DNA of 64,000 bases, from IMG/VR virus record IMGVR_UViG_2872351278_000001, positions 43,115 through 107,114 of that record. One strand, written 5' to 3'. Positions 1 through 11,600 of this stretch are shown one piece after another. The notes below the pieces were generated by a model. That model did no database searches and was not told where the DNA came from. It saw only the letters and a program-made list of their open reading frames with translations. The first letter of the stretch is position 1; the number at the start of each line of letters is the position of its first letter. Source of the stretch: a virus. The position numbers and the translations under genes are program-made.

Positions 1-351
1 GGAGGAAGAGTGTGTAATACTTGCAATCTATCAGAAGATTATATTGGATATGCTACAAAGTTCGGAGATGGGGCAGGGGACTTTTCACCTCTTAGTCATT
101 TAACAGTTCAAGAAATAAAAGCGATTGGAATTGAACTGGGATTACCTATAGAACTTATTGAAAAGACACCTATAGATGGACTATGTGGTCAATCAGATGA
201 AGAGAAAATAGGGTTTACCTATAACGTGCTAGATAAATATATTAGAGAAGGTATTTGTGAAGATAAAGATGTAAAAAATAAAATAGATAACATGTATAAA
301 AATAACAAACACAAAATATTGCCTATGCCTATATATAATCCTAATATATAA
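1..351 (+). CDS. nadE: NAD+ synthetase, C-terminal part (truncated by window start)
   Basis: TCNLSEDYIGYATKFGDGAGDFSPL, KTPIDGL and DEEKIGFTY..LD are typical NadE C-terminal motifs; the frame is open to the window edge. Confidence 0.88.
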   Translation, partial: GGRVCNTCNLSEDYIGYATKFGDGAGDFSPLSHLTVQEIKAIGIELGLPIELIEKTPIDGLCGQSDEEKIGFTYNVLDKYIREGICEDKDVKNKIDNMYKNNKHKILPMPIYNPNI

Positions 352-414
352 AATTAAAATTATGTTAAAACTAAGATTTTAAATAAATTATTAAAATATA
401 AGAGGTGGTGTATT

Positions 415-768
415 ATGAAAAATGAAGAAAAAGAATTATTAAATTATATATTAGAAAAATTGCCCAAAGATGAATCAATGGAAGATACTGAAGTTATAGA
501 AATTAATGGAACTAAGTATGATTTTGTACAAATAGAAGAATTACCTACAGAAGATGAAGGAAAATATCAATACGGAGGAACAATTTATGGATTTGGGATT
601 TATGATGAAGAAAAAGAATATGGAATTATTGGTGAACCATTATTCTTTATAGAACAAGACTTTACGAAAACAGGAAGTTATTATTCCGAACAATATTATG
701 AATATGAAGAACCTTATCTTGTTGAGAAAAAAGAAAAAACAATAATAGTTTGGGAATCTATAAAATAG
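415..768 (+). CDS. acidic hypothetical phage protein
   Basis: 117-aa ORF with GAGGTG RBS. Confidence 0.7.
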   Translation: MKNEEKELLNYILEKLPKDESMEDTEVIEINGTKYDFVQIEELPTEDEGKYQYGGTIYGFGIYDEEKEYGIIGEPLFFIEQDFTKTGSYYSEQYYEYEEPYLVEKKEKTIIVWESIK

Positions 769-782
769 AAAGGTATAAAAAT

Positions 783-1229
783 ATGTATTCAGCTTGGGAA
801 ATATCAAAGTACATAGTTCAGAAAAGTATAGACATAAACAGACCTATACATAATTTAAAATTACAAAAACTATTATTCTATTGTCAACTTGAGTATATTA
901 AACGTAATAATGGTTTGTTGTTTGAGGATGAAATTATATTTAATGAATATGGAGCATTTATACCTTCTGTATATTATAAATTAAATTGCAATGGAATATG
1001 TGATTTATATTTAAGTGATTTGATAAGAAAAAGTGAATTAGAAATTGTTATAGAAATAGATACTGAAACAACAAGAATAATAGATGAAGTAATTAATAAA
1101 TATAAAGATACTTTAACTTGGGACTTAGTATCGATGAATCAGAAAGAAGATATATGGAAAGATTTATATTGTGATAATAAAATAAAAAATATAAGTAGTG
1201 AAGATTTGTTAAAATACTATTGTAAATAA
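783..1229 (+). CDS. Panacea/SocA-like (DUF4065) antitoxin-domain protein
   Basis: ISKYIV..I.NLKLQKLLFYCQ..LFEDEI..YG..VY..WDLV..WK pattern; ATG at 783 with GAAAGG RBS. Confidence 0.8.
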   Translation: MYSAWEISKYIVQKSIDINRPIHNLKLQKLLFYCQLEYIKRNNGLLFEDEIIFNEYGAFIPSVYYKLNCNGICDLYLSDLIRKSELEIVIEIDTETTRIIDEVINKYKDTLTWDLVSMNQKEDIWKDLYCDNKIKNISSEDLLKYYCK

Positions 1230-1259
1230 ATTATTTAAATATAAAAAGAAGGTGATTAA

Positions 1260-1430
1260 ATGTTTAACACTATAATTTTGATACTAGGGTTATACTTTTG
1301 TACTGTTGTTGGTATCATAACTGAATGTGATAACTTAATTAGTAAAGTATTGTTAAAAATAATACCGTTCTTAGGTGGCTTGTATTTGATATTTATGTTT
1401 TTCAAATTGCAAGGATATATAATCTTATAA
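1260..1430 (+). CDS. small two-TM membrane protein (56 aa, absent from ORF track)
   Basis: AAGGTG RBS; MFNTIILILGLYFCTVVGII...IIPFLGGLYLIFMFFKLQGYIIL. Confidence 0.6.
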   Translation: MFNTIILILGLYFCTVVGIITECDNLISKVLLKIIPFLGGLYLIFMFFKLQGYIIL

Positions 1431-1451
1431 TAAGTAGGAGGAATTTAAATA

Positions 1452-1868
1452 ATGAAACTAATTGAAGTATTAAACAGTGAAAATAACAATAAAATATTTA
1501 CTTGTGTAAAGAATGAATGGAAAGTTAGAAGTGATAATGGATTATTATATTATTTAAATAAAAACTTTGATGATAGAACTCAAAACTGGGAAAAATGTAC
1601 TGTGTCTACGGTTTGGATAAATTCGGAATATAAACTATTTGATAGTGATGATAAAGAAGAAATACAAGAGTTTCAATTAGGTGATACTGCTTACATGATT
1701 GATGAAGATTATAGATTTTTTGAAAGCGAAATATATAAAATAGAGTTAGATAATAGTAAGTATTATTATACAACTGGGGATTGTGATTTTGAGTGCAGAG
1801 ACATTGGTACTTGGGTATTTAAATCTAAGAAGTATAGAGAATTATATTTAGAATCATTAAATAGTTAA
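1452..1868 (+). CDS. hypothetical phage protein
   Basis: 138-aa ORF with AGGAGG RBS. Confidence 0.7.
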   Translation: MKLIEVLNSENNNKIFTCVKNEWKVRSDNGLLYYLNKNFDDRTQNWEKCTVSTVWINSEYKLFDSDDKEEIQEFQLGDTAYMIDEDYRFFESEIYKIELDNSKYYYTTGDCDFECRDIGTWVFKSKKYRELYLESLNS

Positions 1869-1900
1869 TAAGTACATAAAAGAATACTTTTAAATTAATT

Positions 1901-1951
1901 AAACAAATTATTAAATTAATTGTTGACAAAGATAAATCAACATGGTAAGAT
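1901..1951 (+). promoter_or_regulatory. sigma-A promoter with conserved upstream element
   Basis: AAACAAATTATTAAATTAAT, TTGACA (1923-28), 17 bp, TGgTAAGAT. Confidence 0.75.
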
Positions 1952-2110
1952 ATTCTTGTAAGGCAAATAAAACTTAATTAACAGATAAAAACAACAACAA
2001 TTAAAAACATTGGATTAAGGACAAGCTCTGAGAAACTTGAATCCACAAAAATAAATTAAATAAATAATATAATGGGTAGCGACCGAAACGCTAGAAGGAG
2101 AGATTTTATT

Positions 2111-2935
2111 ATGGAACTAACAAAGGGATATTTTAGATTAGAAGGAAAAATATGGGGATTAAATAACAAGAAAGTATATGAAAATGATACAAAAAGAAGT
2201 TTATCATTTGGATTACAAACTGCGAAAGATAATTCATTATTTGTACAAGTAGGAGATTGGAAAAACTCAACATTAAACACAAAAGTAAAAGTTGATCCAA
2301 ATGGAGAAGTAGAAGAGTTAAACGAACAAGATGCAATTGATAATATTAAAGATAACTTTAAAGATGGTGAAAGTGTATATATTAATTGTAGAGTAGATGT
2401 AAATACATATCATAAGAAAATTAATTATCTTATCGGAGATATTTATAAGAAAAGTGAAACTATTGATTTTGACGCAGAAGGATTTGAAGAAGTAAATGAA
2501 TTAGTTCAAAGTGTTGTAGTTACTGAAAGACCAGAAGGTTCAATTGTTAAATTAGGAGTTGCTAATTATAAAGGTGCAATGGTTGAATTAGAAGCAAAAT
2601 TAAATGATAAAGATGTTAAAGATTACTTTGTTGAAAATGTTAAATTAGGTGATTTAATGAAAATAACATTAAGAGTAGTTAGAAAACCTGTTTATGAAGA
2701 TAAAGGCGAAGTGACTGAAAGAAAGACTCTTAAAGGAAAAGTTATTAAAACTGGTGGTAGAACAATTTCTGGATATGATGAATTCATTGAAGTAGTAGAT
2801 GTAGACCCAGCTAAAACAACAAGAGAAAAATATGATAGAAACGATATTAGTGAAGCTTTAGCATCAGCAGAATATAAGAAAGCAACTAATAATACGTCTG
2901 ATACAAAAGTTGAAGAGGAAGAATTACCATACTAA
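2111..2935 (+). CDS. putative single-stranded DNA-binding protein
   Basis: First gene of the replication operon; beta-rich, OB-like; acidic C-terminal tail EEEELPY; AAGGAG RBS before ATG 2111. Confidence 0.6.
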   Translation: MELTKGYFRLEGKIWGLNNKKVYENDTKRSLSFGLQTAKDNSLFVQVGDWKNSTLNTKVKVDPNGEVEELNEQDAIDNIKDNFKDGESVYINCRVDVNTYHKKINYLIGDIYKKSETIDFDAEGFEEVNELVQSVVVTERPEGSIVKLGVANYKGAMVELEAKLNDKDVKDYFVENVKLGDLMKITLRVVRKPVYEDKGEVTERKTLKGKVIKTGGRTISGYDEFIEVVDVDPAKTTREKYDRNDISEALASAEYKKATNNTSDTKVEEEELPY

Positions 2936-3025
2936 GATAAAATAAATAGATGTAGCTAAAGATAAAATCCCTTTTGGGATGAAAAATAAAATAAAAAATA
3001 ATTTAAATTAAGGAGATTGATATAA

Positions 3026-4027
3026 ATGGCAAAATTCGTTATTAACAAGGCAAAGAGAGAAAATATATATGCAAAGATAGCTTTAATGGCACCATCAGGT
3101 GGAGGAAAAACTTATAGCTCATTAAGACTTGCAACAGGAATGGCTGAAGAAATAGAAGCAATGACAGGTAAAAAAGCAAAGATAATTTTATTAAATACAG
3201 AAGGTAAAAGAGGAAGATATTATGCTAATGAATTTAATTACGACATAATTGATCTTGAACCCAACTTTGAGCCTGAATTATTTATAGATGCTATAGATTA
3301 TACATTAGATGAAGGATATGATATTGTGATAGTTGACTCATCATCAGCAGAATGGGAAGGAAAAGGAGGATGTCTTGAAATTCAATCTAAATTAGGTGGA
3401 AAATATCAAGATTGGGGAAAAGTAACTCCTAGACATGAAAAGTTTATTCAAAAAATTGCAACAAGTGAAGTACATATGATTTGCACAATGAGAGGTAAAG
3501 ATCAATATGTAATGACACAAGAAGATAGTAGTAAAGGTGGAAAATCTACTAAAGTAGAAAAGGTTGGAGTGGGTGCGAAACAAAGAGATGGTTTTGAATA
3601 TGAATTCACGGCTACATTTATGATAGACCAAAAGACAAATACTGCTGAACCTATGAAGGATAATACACATATATTTGAAAATGATAGTGCTGTAAAGCTT
3701 ACTGAAGAACATGGAAGAAAGATTATTAAGTGGGCAAATGAAGATTTAGATGATACCCCTAAATTTAAATCAGTTGAAAAGAAAGCTGAAAAAGTTGAAG
3801 CTACTAAAGAGAAGGAAGTAGTACAAAAACAACCTAAAGAATCAGAAAAAACATTAGATGAATTAAAATCAGAAATAATTGCTAAATGTAAAGAATTAGC
3901 AGACAATGGAAAAAGACAAGAGGTATCAGTTACTATAAAGGGTAAAAATAGCGATGATCCAAATCCAAATAGTATAACAAGTAAAAAAGTAGCTAAAGAA
4001 GTATTATCAGCACTTGAGTCACTATAA
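3026..4027 (+). CDS. AAA ATPase, Sak4-like annealing/recombination protein
   Basis: Walker A APSGGGKT, Walker B IVIVDS; adjacent to SSB. Confidence 0.75.
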   Translation: MAKFVINKAKRENIYAKIALMAPSGGGKTYSSLRLATGMAEEIEAMTGKKAKIILLNTEGKRGRYYANEFNYDIIDLEPNFEPELFIDAIDYTLDEGYDIVIVDSSSAEWEGKGGCLEIQSKLGGKYQDWGKVTPRHEKFIQKIATSEVHMICTMRGKDQYVMTQEDSSKGGKSTKVEKVGVGAKQRDGFEYEFTATFMIDQKTNTAEPMKDNTHIFENDSAVKLTEEHGRKIIKWANEDLDDTPKFKSVEKKAEKVEATKEKEVVQKQPKESEKTLDELKSEIIAKCKELADNGKRQEVSVTIKGKNSDDPNPNSITSKKVAKEVLSALESL

Positions 4028-4034
4028 TAAACTA

Positions 4035-4058
4035 AAAGCTCACTTAATTGTGAGCTTT
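4035..4058 (+). terminator. stem-loop, possible terminator
   Basis: AAAGCTCAC-ttaatt-GTGAGCTTT. Confidence 0.5.
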
Positions 4059-4081
4059 CCTTATAAAAGGAGGATACAACA

Positions 4082-4528
4082 TTGAAATGCAGATATTCAT
4101 ATTGTAAATATGGTGGAGAAGTATTAAAAGATGAAGCTGTTAAAGAAGGTAGTTGTTATTATCATAAAAATTGCCTAGAAGAAAAAACAATAAAACAACA
4201 GATAGAAGAGTATTATTCAGCAAATATGCCTTCCACTACATTACAAATACTTAGAAAAGTCATCAAACAATTAGTTCATGAAAAAAATATACCTGCAAAC
4301 TACGTATTATTCGTTTTAAAATATATTCATATTAATAATAAACCAATAAACAATCCATTTGGATTAGTAAATTATTGCTCTGATTATAAATTAAAAAATG
4401 AATATTTACATAAAACTGCAACAAATAAATATAAAGATATGAAAGATAATATTATAAATAATATAGATGATAAAGAAATTAAATTTACATATAATTTTGG
4501 TGAGTCTAAATGGTTAAAAATACTATAA
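4082..4528 (+). CDS. Zn-finger-containing replication protein (possible helicase loader or initiator)
   Basis: CRYSYC...YYHKNC; directly upstream of the helicase. Confidence 0.5.
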   Translation: MKCRYSYCKYGGEVLKDEAVKEGSCYYHKNCLEEKTIKQQIEEYYSANMPSTTLQILRKVIKQLVHEKNIPANYVLFVLKYIHINNKPINNPFGLVNYCSDYKLKNEYLHKTATNKYKDMKDNIINNIDDKEIKFTYNFGESKWLKIL

Positions 4529-4544
4529 TGGAGGGTATATTATA

Positions 4545-5933
4545 GTGAAAATAAATGATATTAAAAACTTTGAAATTAATAATAAAATGAAATTACCAAA
4601 TGATACAATAAGTGAAAATGGAATTTTAGGCACGTTATTAGAGTATCCAGAGTTTGTATTTAAAAGCGAATACTTAAAGCCTAATATGTTTTATAACAGA
4701 GAGTTAGCTTGTTTGTATGATATAGTCACATTGTTATTAGAAAAGGGAATAACTAAAATTGATAATTATTTGATAATAAATGAAATAGAAGGTAGAAAGG
4801 CATGGAAAAAGATAATTGATGAAACTCCAAGTATAAATGATGTTGATAGTTGGTTAGATAAATTAAAATTATTAGCACGTTCTACGGTAGAAGAATATGA
4901 TTTAATTGCTAGGAAAGTAGTCTCTTGTGCTTTTAGAAGAGATAGTTATATTAAATTATGTGAGGAAGCAAATTACATATTAGAAAGTAAAGAAGATATA
5001 AATGCAATAAATTATAAATTACAAACTGATGTAACTAAATTTGCAGATAAATATATTGTTGATACTAATGTTCAACAAATAGGAGATAAAGTTGATGAAT
5101 TATGGGATATCATAGTAAGCCGAAGGAATAATGGATTTTCAGGATTACCATCTAAATATGAAGGATTGAATAAATATTTTACATATGAAAATGGAGAATT
5201 AGTAGTTATAGGTGGTAGAGCTAAAAGTGGAAAATCAATGTTTTTCCTAAATGAAGCAATACATAAAGTAGAAAATGGGGTTCCTACGGCTATATTTGAT
5301 ACAGAAATGAGTGATGAAAGATGGTTAACTAGATTCTTAGCTTTAAAATCTGGTGTAAATATTCAAACTGTAAAAAACGGAGGAACACTACAAGAAGAAA
5401 GGTTGATAGCTGAAGCTAGAGAATGGTTGAAAAATAAACCACTAGTACATATTTATGACACAGAGTGGACAAAAGATAAAATATATATGGTTGCAAAACA
5501 GTTAAAAGTATCTATGAAATTAGGATTTTTAATTTATGATTATATTAAAGTTAATGATACAAGTGGTAACGATACAAAAGAGCATAATGTATTAGGAGAT
5601 ATGACTAATTTCTTAAAAAATAAAATAGGTGGCGGATTAGATATTCCAGTTTTAGCAGGTGGTCAAATGTCTCCTAAAGAACAAAGATTAGCTGATAGTG
5701 ATAAGATAAATAGATATGCTTCAACTATAGCTTATTGGATACATAAAACAAAAGAAGAAATGGTTAGCGATGGCGATGAAAGTGGTAACTGTAAATTATT
5801 TATAGACTACAACAGAAATGGAACTCAAATGGAAGAAGATGAATATTTAAATTTTGTTTTCAATGGTAATAAAGCAGATATAAGACAAGCTAAGAAATTT
5901 TATAACATAGAGGGTGGAAATTTACCATATTAA
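4545..5933 (+). CDS. dnaB: replicative DNA helicase, DnaB family
   Basis: GGRAKSGKS Walker A, FDTEM, LIYDYI, YNRNG. Confidence 0.9.
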   Translation: MKINDIKNFEINNKMKLPNDTISENGILGTLLEYPEFVFKSEYLKPNMFYNRELACLYDIVTLLLEKGITKIDNYLIINEIEGRKAWKKIIDETPSINDVDSWLDKLKLLARSTVEEYDLIARKVVSCAFRRDSYIKLCEEANYILESKEDINAINYKLQTDVTKFADKYIVDTNVQQIGDKVDELWDIIVSRRNNGFSGLPSKYEGLNKYFTYENGELVVIGGRAKSGKSMFFLNEAIHKVENGVPTAIFDTEMSDERWLTRFLALKSGVNIQTVKNGGTLQEERLIAEAREWLKNKPLVHIYDTEWTKDKIYMVAKQLKVSMKLGFLIYDYIKVNDTSGNDTKEHNVLGDMTNFLKNKIGGGLDIPVLAGGQMSPKEQRLADSDKINRYASTIAYWIHKTKEEMVSDGDESGNCKLFIDYNRNGTQMEEDEYLNFVFNGNKADIRQAKKFYNIEGGNLPY

Positions 5934-5947
5934 AAGGAGGAAGTTGA

Positions 5948-6985
5948 TTGAACAAACAAGAAATAAAAAGTTACTTAAAAAACAATCCTGAAAAGATAAG
6001 AGATATACTTGAAGAATTAGGATGCAACCATATAAAAATAGTAATAAATAAAAGAGTTCAATCGGCTTTACCTGATGGTGATAATGCAACTAGTGTTCAA
6101 GTAAAATTAAATGATTCATTATCAACTGTAGTATATACAAGAAATCAATTCAACAAACAAGAATACAAAGATGTATTTACTTTAATAGAATTTATTAATA
6201 ACTGCAATTTTAATCAAGCAATGAATTTTGTATGTGAAGTTTGTGGTATTAGTTATAATGGAAAATTAGATAATATAACACCTTCAAGTGTAAGTATATT
6301 AGATAAGTTAGTAAAAAATAAAGAAAGAAAAGAAAAAAATAAATATACAGAATTTATATTAGATGAAAGTTTTACAGAAAGGTTTGTTAGAAATGCATGT
6401 AAAATTTTCATAGAAGATGGAATTAATGAAATAACACAAAATAAATTCGGAGTATCTTATGATGTGTTAGAAAATAGAGTTGTATTCCCTATAAGAAATG
6501 ATGAAGGAGATTTGTTAACATTTAAAGGGAGAACATTGAGAGAAGATTATAAGATTATGGGCATTCCTAAATACTATTATTATTATCCATATATTGGAGA
6601 GCGATATTTATTTGGATTATATGAAAATTATTTTGATATATTATCAGCTAATGAAATTTATGTAGGTGAAGCTGAAAAGTTTGTAATGCAATTAGATAGT
6701 ATGGAAATTAATAATAGTGTATCTATTAGTAAAAAAGTAATCAGCTCAATACAATTAGATAAATTGCTTAAATTGAAAAAAGACATAGTATTAGTTTTTG
6801 ATAAAGACGTAACTTTGGAAGAAATATTCATTGAATGTAGAAAATTCAAAGGATTATGCAATGTTTATTATATATATGACACTTTAGATTTATTAAAGAA
6901 GAAAGAGTCTCCAAGTGATAGAGGTAAAATAACATTTATGAGATTGGTTAATGAATGTAAGTTTAAATATGAGGAGGAGTTGTAA
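5948..6985 (+). CDS. dnaG: DNA primase, DnaG-like
   Basis: RVVFPIRN..G..FKGR; TOPRIM motifs VGEAE and FDKD. Confidence 0.82.
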   Translation: MNKQEIKSYLKNNPEKIRDILEELGCNHIKIVINKRVQSALPDGDNATSVQVKLNDSLSTVVYTRNQFNKQEYKDVFTLIEFINNCNFNQAMNFVCEVCGISYNGKLDNITPSSVSILDKLVKNKERKEKNKYTEFILDESFTERFVRNACKIFIEDGINEITQNKFGVSYDVLENRVVFPIRNDEGDLLTFKGRTLREDYKIMGIPKYYYYYPYIGERYLFGLYENYFDILSANEIYVGEAEKFVMQLDSMEINNSVSISKKVISSIQLDKLLKLKKDIVLVFDKDVTLEEIFIECRKFKGLCNVYYIYDTLDLLKKKESPSDRGKITFMRLVNECKFKYEEEL

Positions 6986-8608
6986 ATGAAATATAAATTA
7001 ATTAGTAGAAATGATTTCTTTATGCCAGTAGAAACAGTCCTAGAAAACAGAGGGATAACTAAAGATTTATTCAACTTAGATAAAGATGTAGTTGAAGATT
7101 ATAATAATTATGACAATATGCAAAAGGGGATTGAGTTATTATTAAAACATTTAAATAATAATAGCAAAATAAAAACGGTGGGAGATTGCGATGTCGATGG
7201 TATGACGAGTTTTTCTATATTATATAACAGAATAAAGGAATCATTTCCTAATGCTAATATAGAATTAAAAATACATACAAATAAACAACATGGTTTATCA
7301 GAAGATATTATTATTGAAGATGATACAAATTTAGTAATTATGACAGATAGTTCGAGTAATGATTTTGAACAACATAAAAAATTAAAAGATAAAGGAATTG
7401 ATATATTAATAATAGATCATCATGATTGTGATGATGGATATAGTAAAAATGCAGTAGTAATAAATAATCAGTTATCTAAAAATGTTATAAATAAAAATCT
7501 TTCAGGAGCAGGAGTTGTTTATAAATTTATAAAAGCATTAGATGATTATTTGTTTGAAGATAAATCTAATAAATATAAAGATTTAGTTGCTTTAGGCAAC
7601 GTTGCAGATGTTATGGATTTACATGAATTAGAAACAAGATATTTTGTATATGAAGGTGTTAAAAAAGTAAACAATTTGTTTATAAAAGCTTTGATAGAAG
7701 TGAATGCATATGATTTAGAGGATAAATATAATATAGACAAAATAGGTTGGGTAATTGCACCTAAATTAAATGGAACAATTAGAAGTGGTACACAAGAAGA
7801 AAAAATGAAAATGTTTCAAGCATTTATTTCGGATGACTATGATTTTTGTTTAGAAGTAGCTAAAATGTGTAAGAATGTAAAAACACGACAAGATAATGCA
7901 GTTAAATCAGCTTTAAAAAAAATAGAACCTAAAATACAAATAAATGAAAATGACAAATGTATAATTTTAGATGTAGGAAAATCATTAAATCAAGCACATA
8001 CAGGATTAGTAGCACAAAAGATACAGGATAAATATAAACTTCCAACTTTATTATATAGAAAAGTTGAAGGTGAAAAAGATGTAATTGGTGGTAGTTTTAG
8101 AGGAATAGATAATATTTCTACAAATACAAGATTAGATATTCTAAATAGTGATTTGGTTATTTTTTCAGAAGGGCATCCTAATGCTGGGGGATATAAATTA
8201 AAAAAAGATAATTTAAACAAATTAAAAGATTATTTAAATGATTTATATAAAAACAAAGAGATTGTAGATAGTAAAGAGTATCTGGTAGATTTTATATTGG
8301 ATGAATCTGAGATAGATGACTATATAATAAATGAATTAGCATTATTAGAAAATGAATTTGGAAATAAAATAGATGTTCCTTTAATAGCTTTTCAAAATGT
8401 GGAATTAAATATAGTTGCAAATGATATTAAAAAAACTAGAATAGTATTCTTTGTAAATGGAATTAAATTTAATAAAAAGTTCCCAACAAATGCATTAAAA
8501 AAACAATTATTAAATCAATCATTAAAAGCAAACATCATAGGAAAATGTACTATGGATACATATAATAATAGTGGACAAGTAGAAATAGTTGATTTTGAAA
8601 TAAAATAA
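6986..8608 (+). CDS. recJ: single-stranded DNA exonuclease RecJ (DHH family)
   Basis: GDCDVDG, IDHH, LSGAGV, LGNVADV, GSFRG, EGHPNAGG. Confidence 0.92.
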   Translation: MKYKLISRNDFFMPVETVLENRGITKDLFNLDKDVVEDYNNYDNMQKGIELLLKHLNNNSKIKTVGDCDVDGMTSFSILYNRIKESFPNANIELKIHTNKQHGLSEDIIIEDDTNLVIMTDSSSNDFEQHKKLKDKGIDILIIDHHDCDDGYSKNAVVINNQLSKNVINKNLSGAGVVYKFIKALDDYLFEDKSNKYKDLVALGNVADVMDLHELETRYFVYEGVKKVNNLFIKALIEVNAYDLEDKYNIDKIGWVIAPKLNGTIRSGTQEEKMKMFQAFISDDYDFCLEVAKMCKNVKTRQDNAVKSALKKIEPKIQINENDKCIILDVGKSLNQAHTGLVAQKIQDKYKLPTLLYRKVEGEKDVIGGSFRGIDNISTNTRLDILNSDLVIFSEGHPNAGGYKLKKDNLNKLKDYLNDLYKNKEIVDSKEYLVDFILDESEIDDYIINELALLENEFGNKIDVPLIAFQNVELNIVANDIKKTRIVFFVNGIKFNKKFPTNALKKQLLNQSLKANIIGKCTMDTYNNSGQVEIVDFEIK

Positions 8609-8627
8609 ATAATAAGAGGTGAATAAA

Positions 8628-11600
8628 ATGAGTAATACATATACATTAACACACTGTCATACAATGTATAGTAATGGTGTAACAAACATAGATTCCGTAA
8701 CAAAATATACGGATTACATAAAAGAAATTAAAAATAATGATACTTTAAGAATACAAGGAATTTGTTTTACAGAACATGGTTCAACATTTGAATGGTATAA
8801 AAAGAAATGTGAATGTGAAAGTAATGGATTAAAATATGTACATTCAATTGAAGCTTATGTTACAGAATCTTTAGAAGAAAAAGTAAGAGATAATTACCAT
8901 GTTTGTTTATATGCTACTGATTATGAATCATTTGAAGAGTTGAATAGTTTGGCTTCAAAAGCTTTTAATAGAGAAGATGGACATTATTATTATGCTCCAA
9001 GAATAACTTATGAAGAACTTATTAATACTAGCGATAAAATATTAATGACTACCGCGTGTTTAGGAGGTATTTTAAATAAAGGAAATAAAGCACTCAAAGA
9101 TAAATTTATGCAATTTTTAATTGATAATAAACATAGATGTTATTTAGAGATTCAACATCACCTTGTGAAAGATCAAATACTGTACAATAAACATCTTTAT
9201 GAATTACACATTAAACATAGTATACCATTAATAGTTGCAACAGATACACATGCTCTTAATTCTAAACATGCTGAAGGTAGAGAAATACTTCAAAAGTCTA
9301 AAAGTATTTTTTTTGATAATGAAGATGGTTGGGATTTAACTTTAAAGTCTTATGATGAATTAGTAAGTTTATTTAAACAACAAAATATCATTCCTGATGA
9401 AGAAATATATGAAGCTTTAGAAAATACTAATAGATTGTATGATAGGATAGAAGAATTTAAAGTTGATAAATCATATAAATATCCTAAATTATATGATGAT
9501 TCATTGGAAGTATTAAAGGAAAAGATATATGAAGGTATAAAAATAAAAGGTATAGATAAATTATCTAACTATGAATCAGAATATATACCTAGAATTAAGC
9601 ATGAATTAGATACATATATTCATAATGGTGCAGTTGATTTCTTATTATTAGATGAAAATATTAAAACTTGGGCTAGAAGCAATAATATTTTCCCAGGGTA
9701 TTCAAGAGGTTCATGTTCAGGAAGTGAAATAGCTTATTTAATTGGTATAACTGATATTGATTCAATTAAACATAAAATGAACTTTGAAAGGTTCATGAAT
9801 ACTGAAAGAGTTAGTTTAGCAGATATTGATACAGATTGGTCGCCAAATCACAGAGAGCTTGTAAAAAAATATATATATGGAAAAGAAGAATTATATTGTG
9901 CAGATATAATAACTTTTAATACAGTAGCATTAAAAGGAAGCATTAGAGATGTGTGTAGAGCATTATATAAAAAAGATTTACCTAAAGAATTAGAAGAAGC
10001 TAGTAATAGAGATGTTAAAGGGTATGGACAACTAACAGATGATACTAGTAAAAAAGTTCATAATTATATGGACGATTATTTAAAAATTTCTAATTATATA
10101 TGTGAAAACATAGAAAATGATGAAGAAAAAATGAGAAAAGAATATCCTAAAGTATTTGAATATGTTGATATAATAAATGGAACTATTGTTTCTATAGGCA
10201 CACATCCATGTGGGCAAATTTGTAGTCCTATTCCATTAGACGGTGCAATGGGATTGTGTAGTATATCAACTTGTTCACATCCTGTATCAATGATAAGTAT
10301 GAAAGCAATTGACGCACAAAACTTTGTTAAGTTAGATTTATTAGGTTTAGACAATATCCAAATAATCAATGAAACCTGTGAATTAGCTAATATTGAAAGA
10401 TTAACTCCTGAAAATACGCCAGATGAGGAGTGTGTATGGCAGTCAATGGCGAAAGATAATACATTAATATTTCAATGGGAGTCAGATAGTGCAGGTGCAT
10501 TTTTAAAAACATTATTAAGTGATAAGACATTAAACAAAATTAAACAAGTTAATCCTGATTTTAGATATGTAGACTTAGTTTCTATGGGGAACGGTGCAAT
10601 AAGACCTGCTGGTGCAAGTTATCGTAATGCATTGTCTAATGGGGAATTTAGAGATAATGGACATGAAGCTTTAAATAGATTTTTAGCACCAACAATGGGC
10701 TACTTAGTATATCAAGAGCAAATAATGAATTTCTTACATGAATTTTGTGGATATACAATGGGGGAAGCTGATGTTGTAAGACGTGGATTTGCCAAAAAAA
10801 CAGGCACAGAAAAGTTTATCCCTAAAATAGAAAATGGTTTTATAAAAACTATGAAAGAAAAGTATAATGTTGATGAAGAGGAATCTAAAGTATTAATTAT
10901 AAATTTTATACAAGTTATAATTGATGCATCAGATTATCTTTTTAGTGAAAATCACGCTGTACCATATACATACATAGGATATATTGCAGGATATTTAAGA
11001 TATTATCATATGCTAGAATTTATAACTACTGCTTTAAATATTAACAAAGATAAAGAAGAAAAAACTATAACTATAACTCAATATGCTAATAGTAAGGGGG
11101 TTAGAATATCATCGCCCAAATTTGGTTTTGCAAAAGCTAGTTACTTTATGTCAAAAGAAACAAATAGTATATATAAAGGAGTAGGTTCGATTAAGAATCT
11201 AAATAATAAAGTGGCAGATGAGTTATATGAATTGTCTCAAAATAATAGATATAGTAATTTTTTAGATTTATTAATAGATATTAAAGAGAAAACATCATGT
11301 AATTCACGTCAGCTAGAAATATTAATTAAATTAGATTACTTTGATTGTCTTGGAAAGTCACAAAAATTATTAACTATAGTAAATTTATATGCCAAATTAT
11401 ATGGTAAAAAACAATTTAATAAAGGTAAATTAAGTGATGAAAATATAATATTAATTAGAAGGTTTGCAAATAAGGAAACAGAAAAAATATTTAAAGAAGT
11501 TGATACTAAAAAATTATTAGAAGAACTTGTAGTGAATATACCTAATAAAGATATAAACTTTAAAGAAAAACTTATTTTCCAAAATGAAATTTTAGGATAC

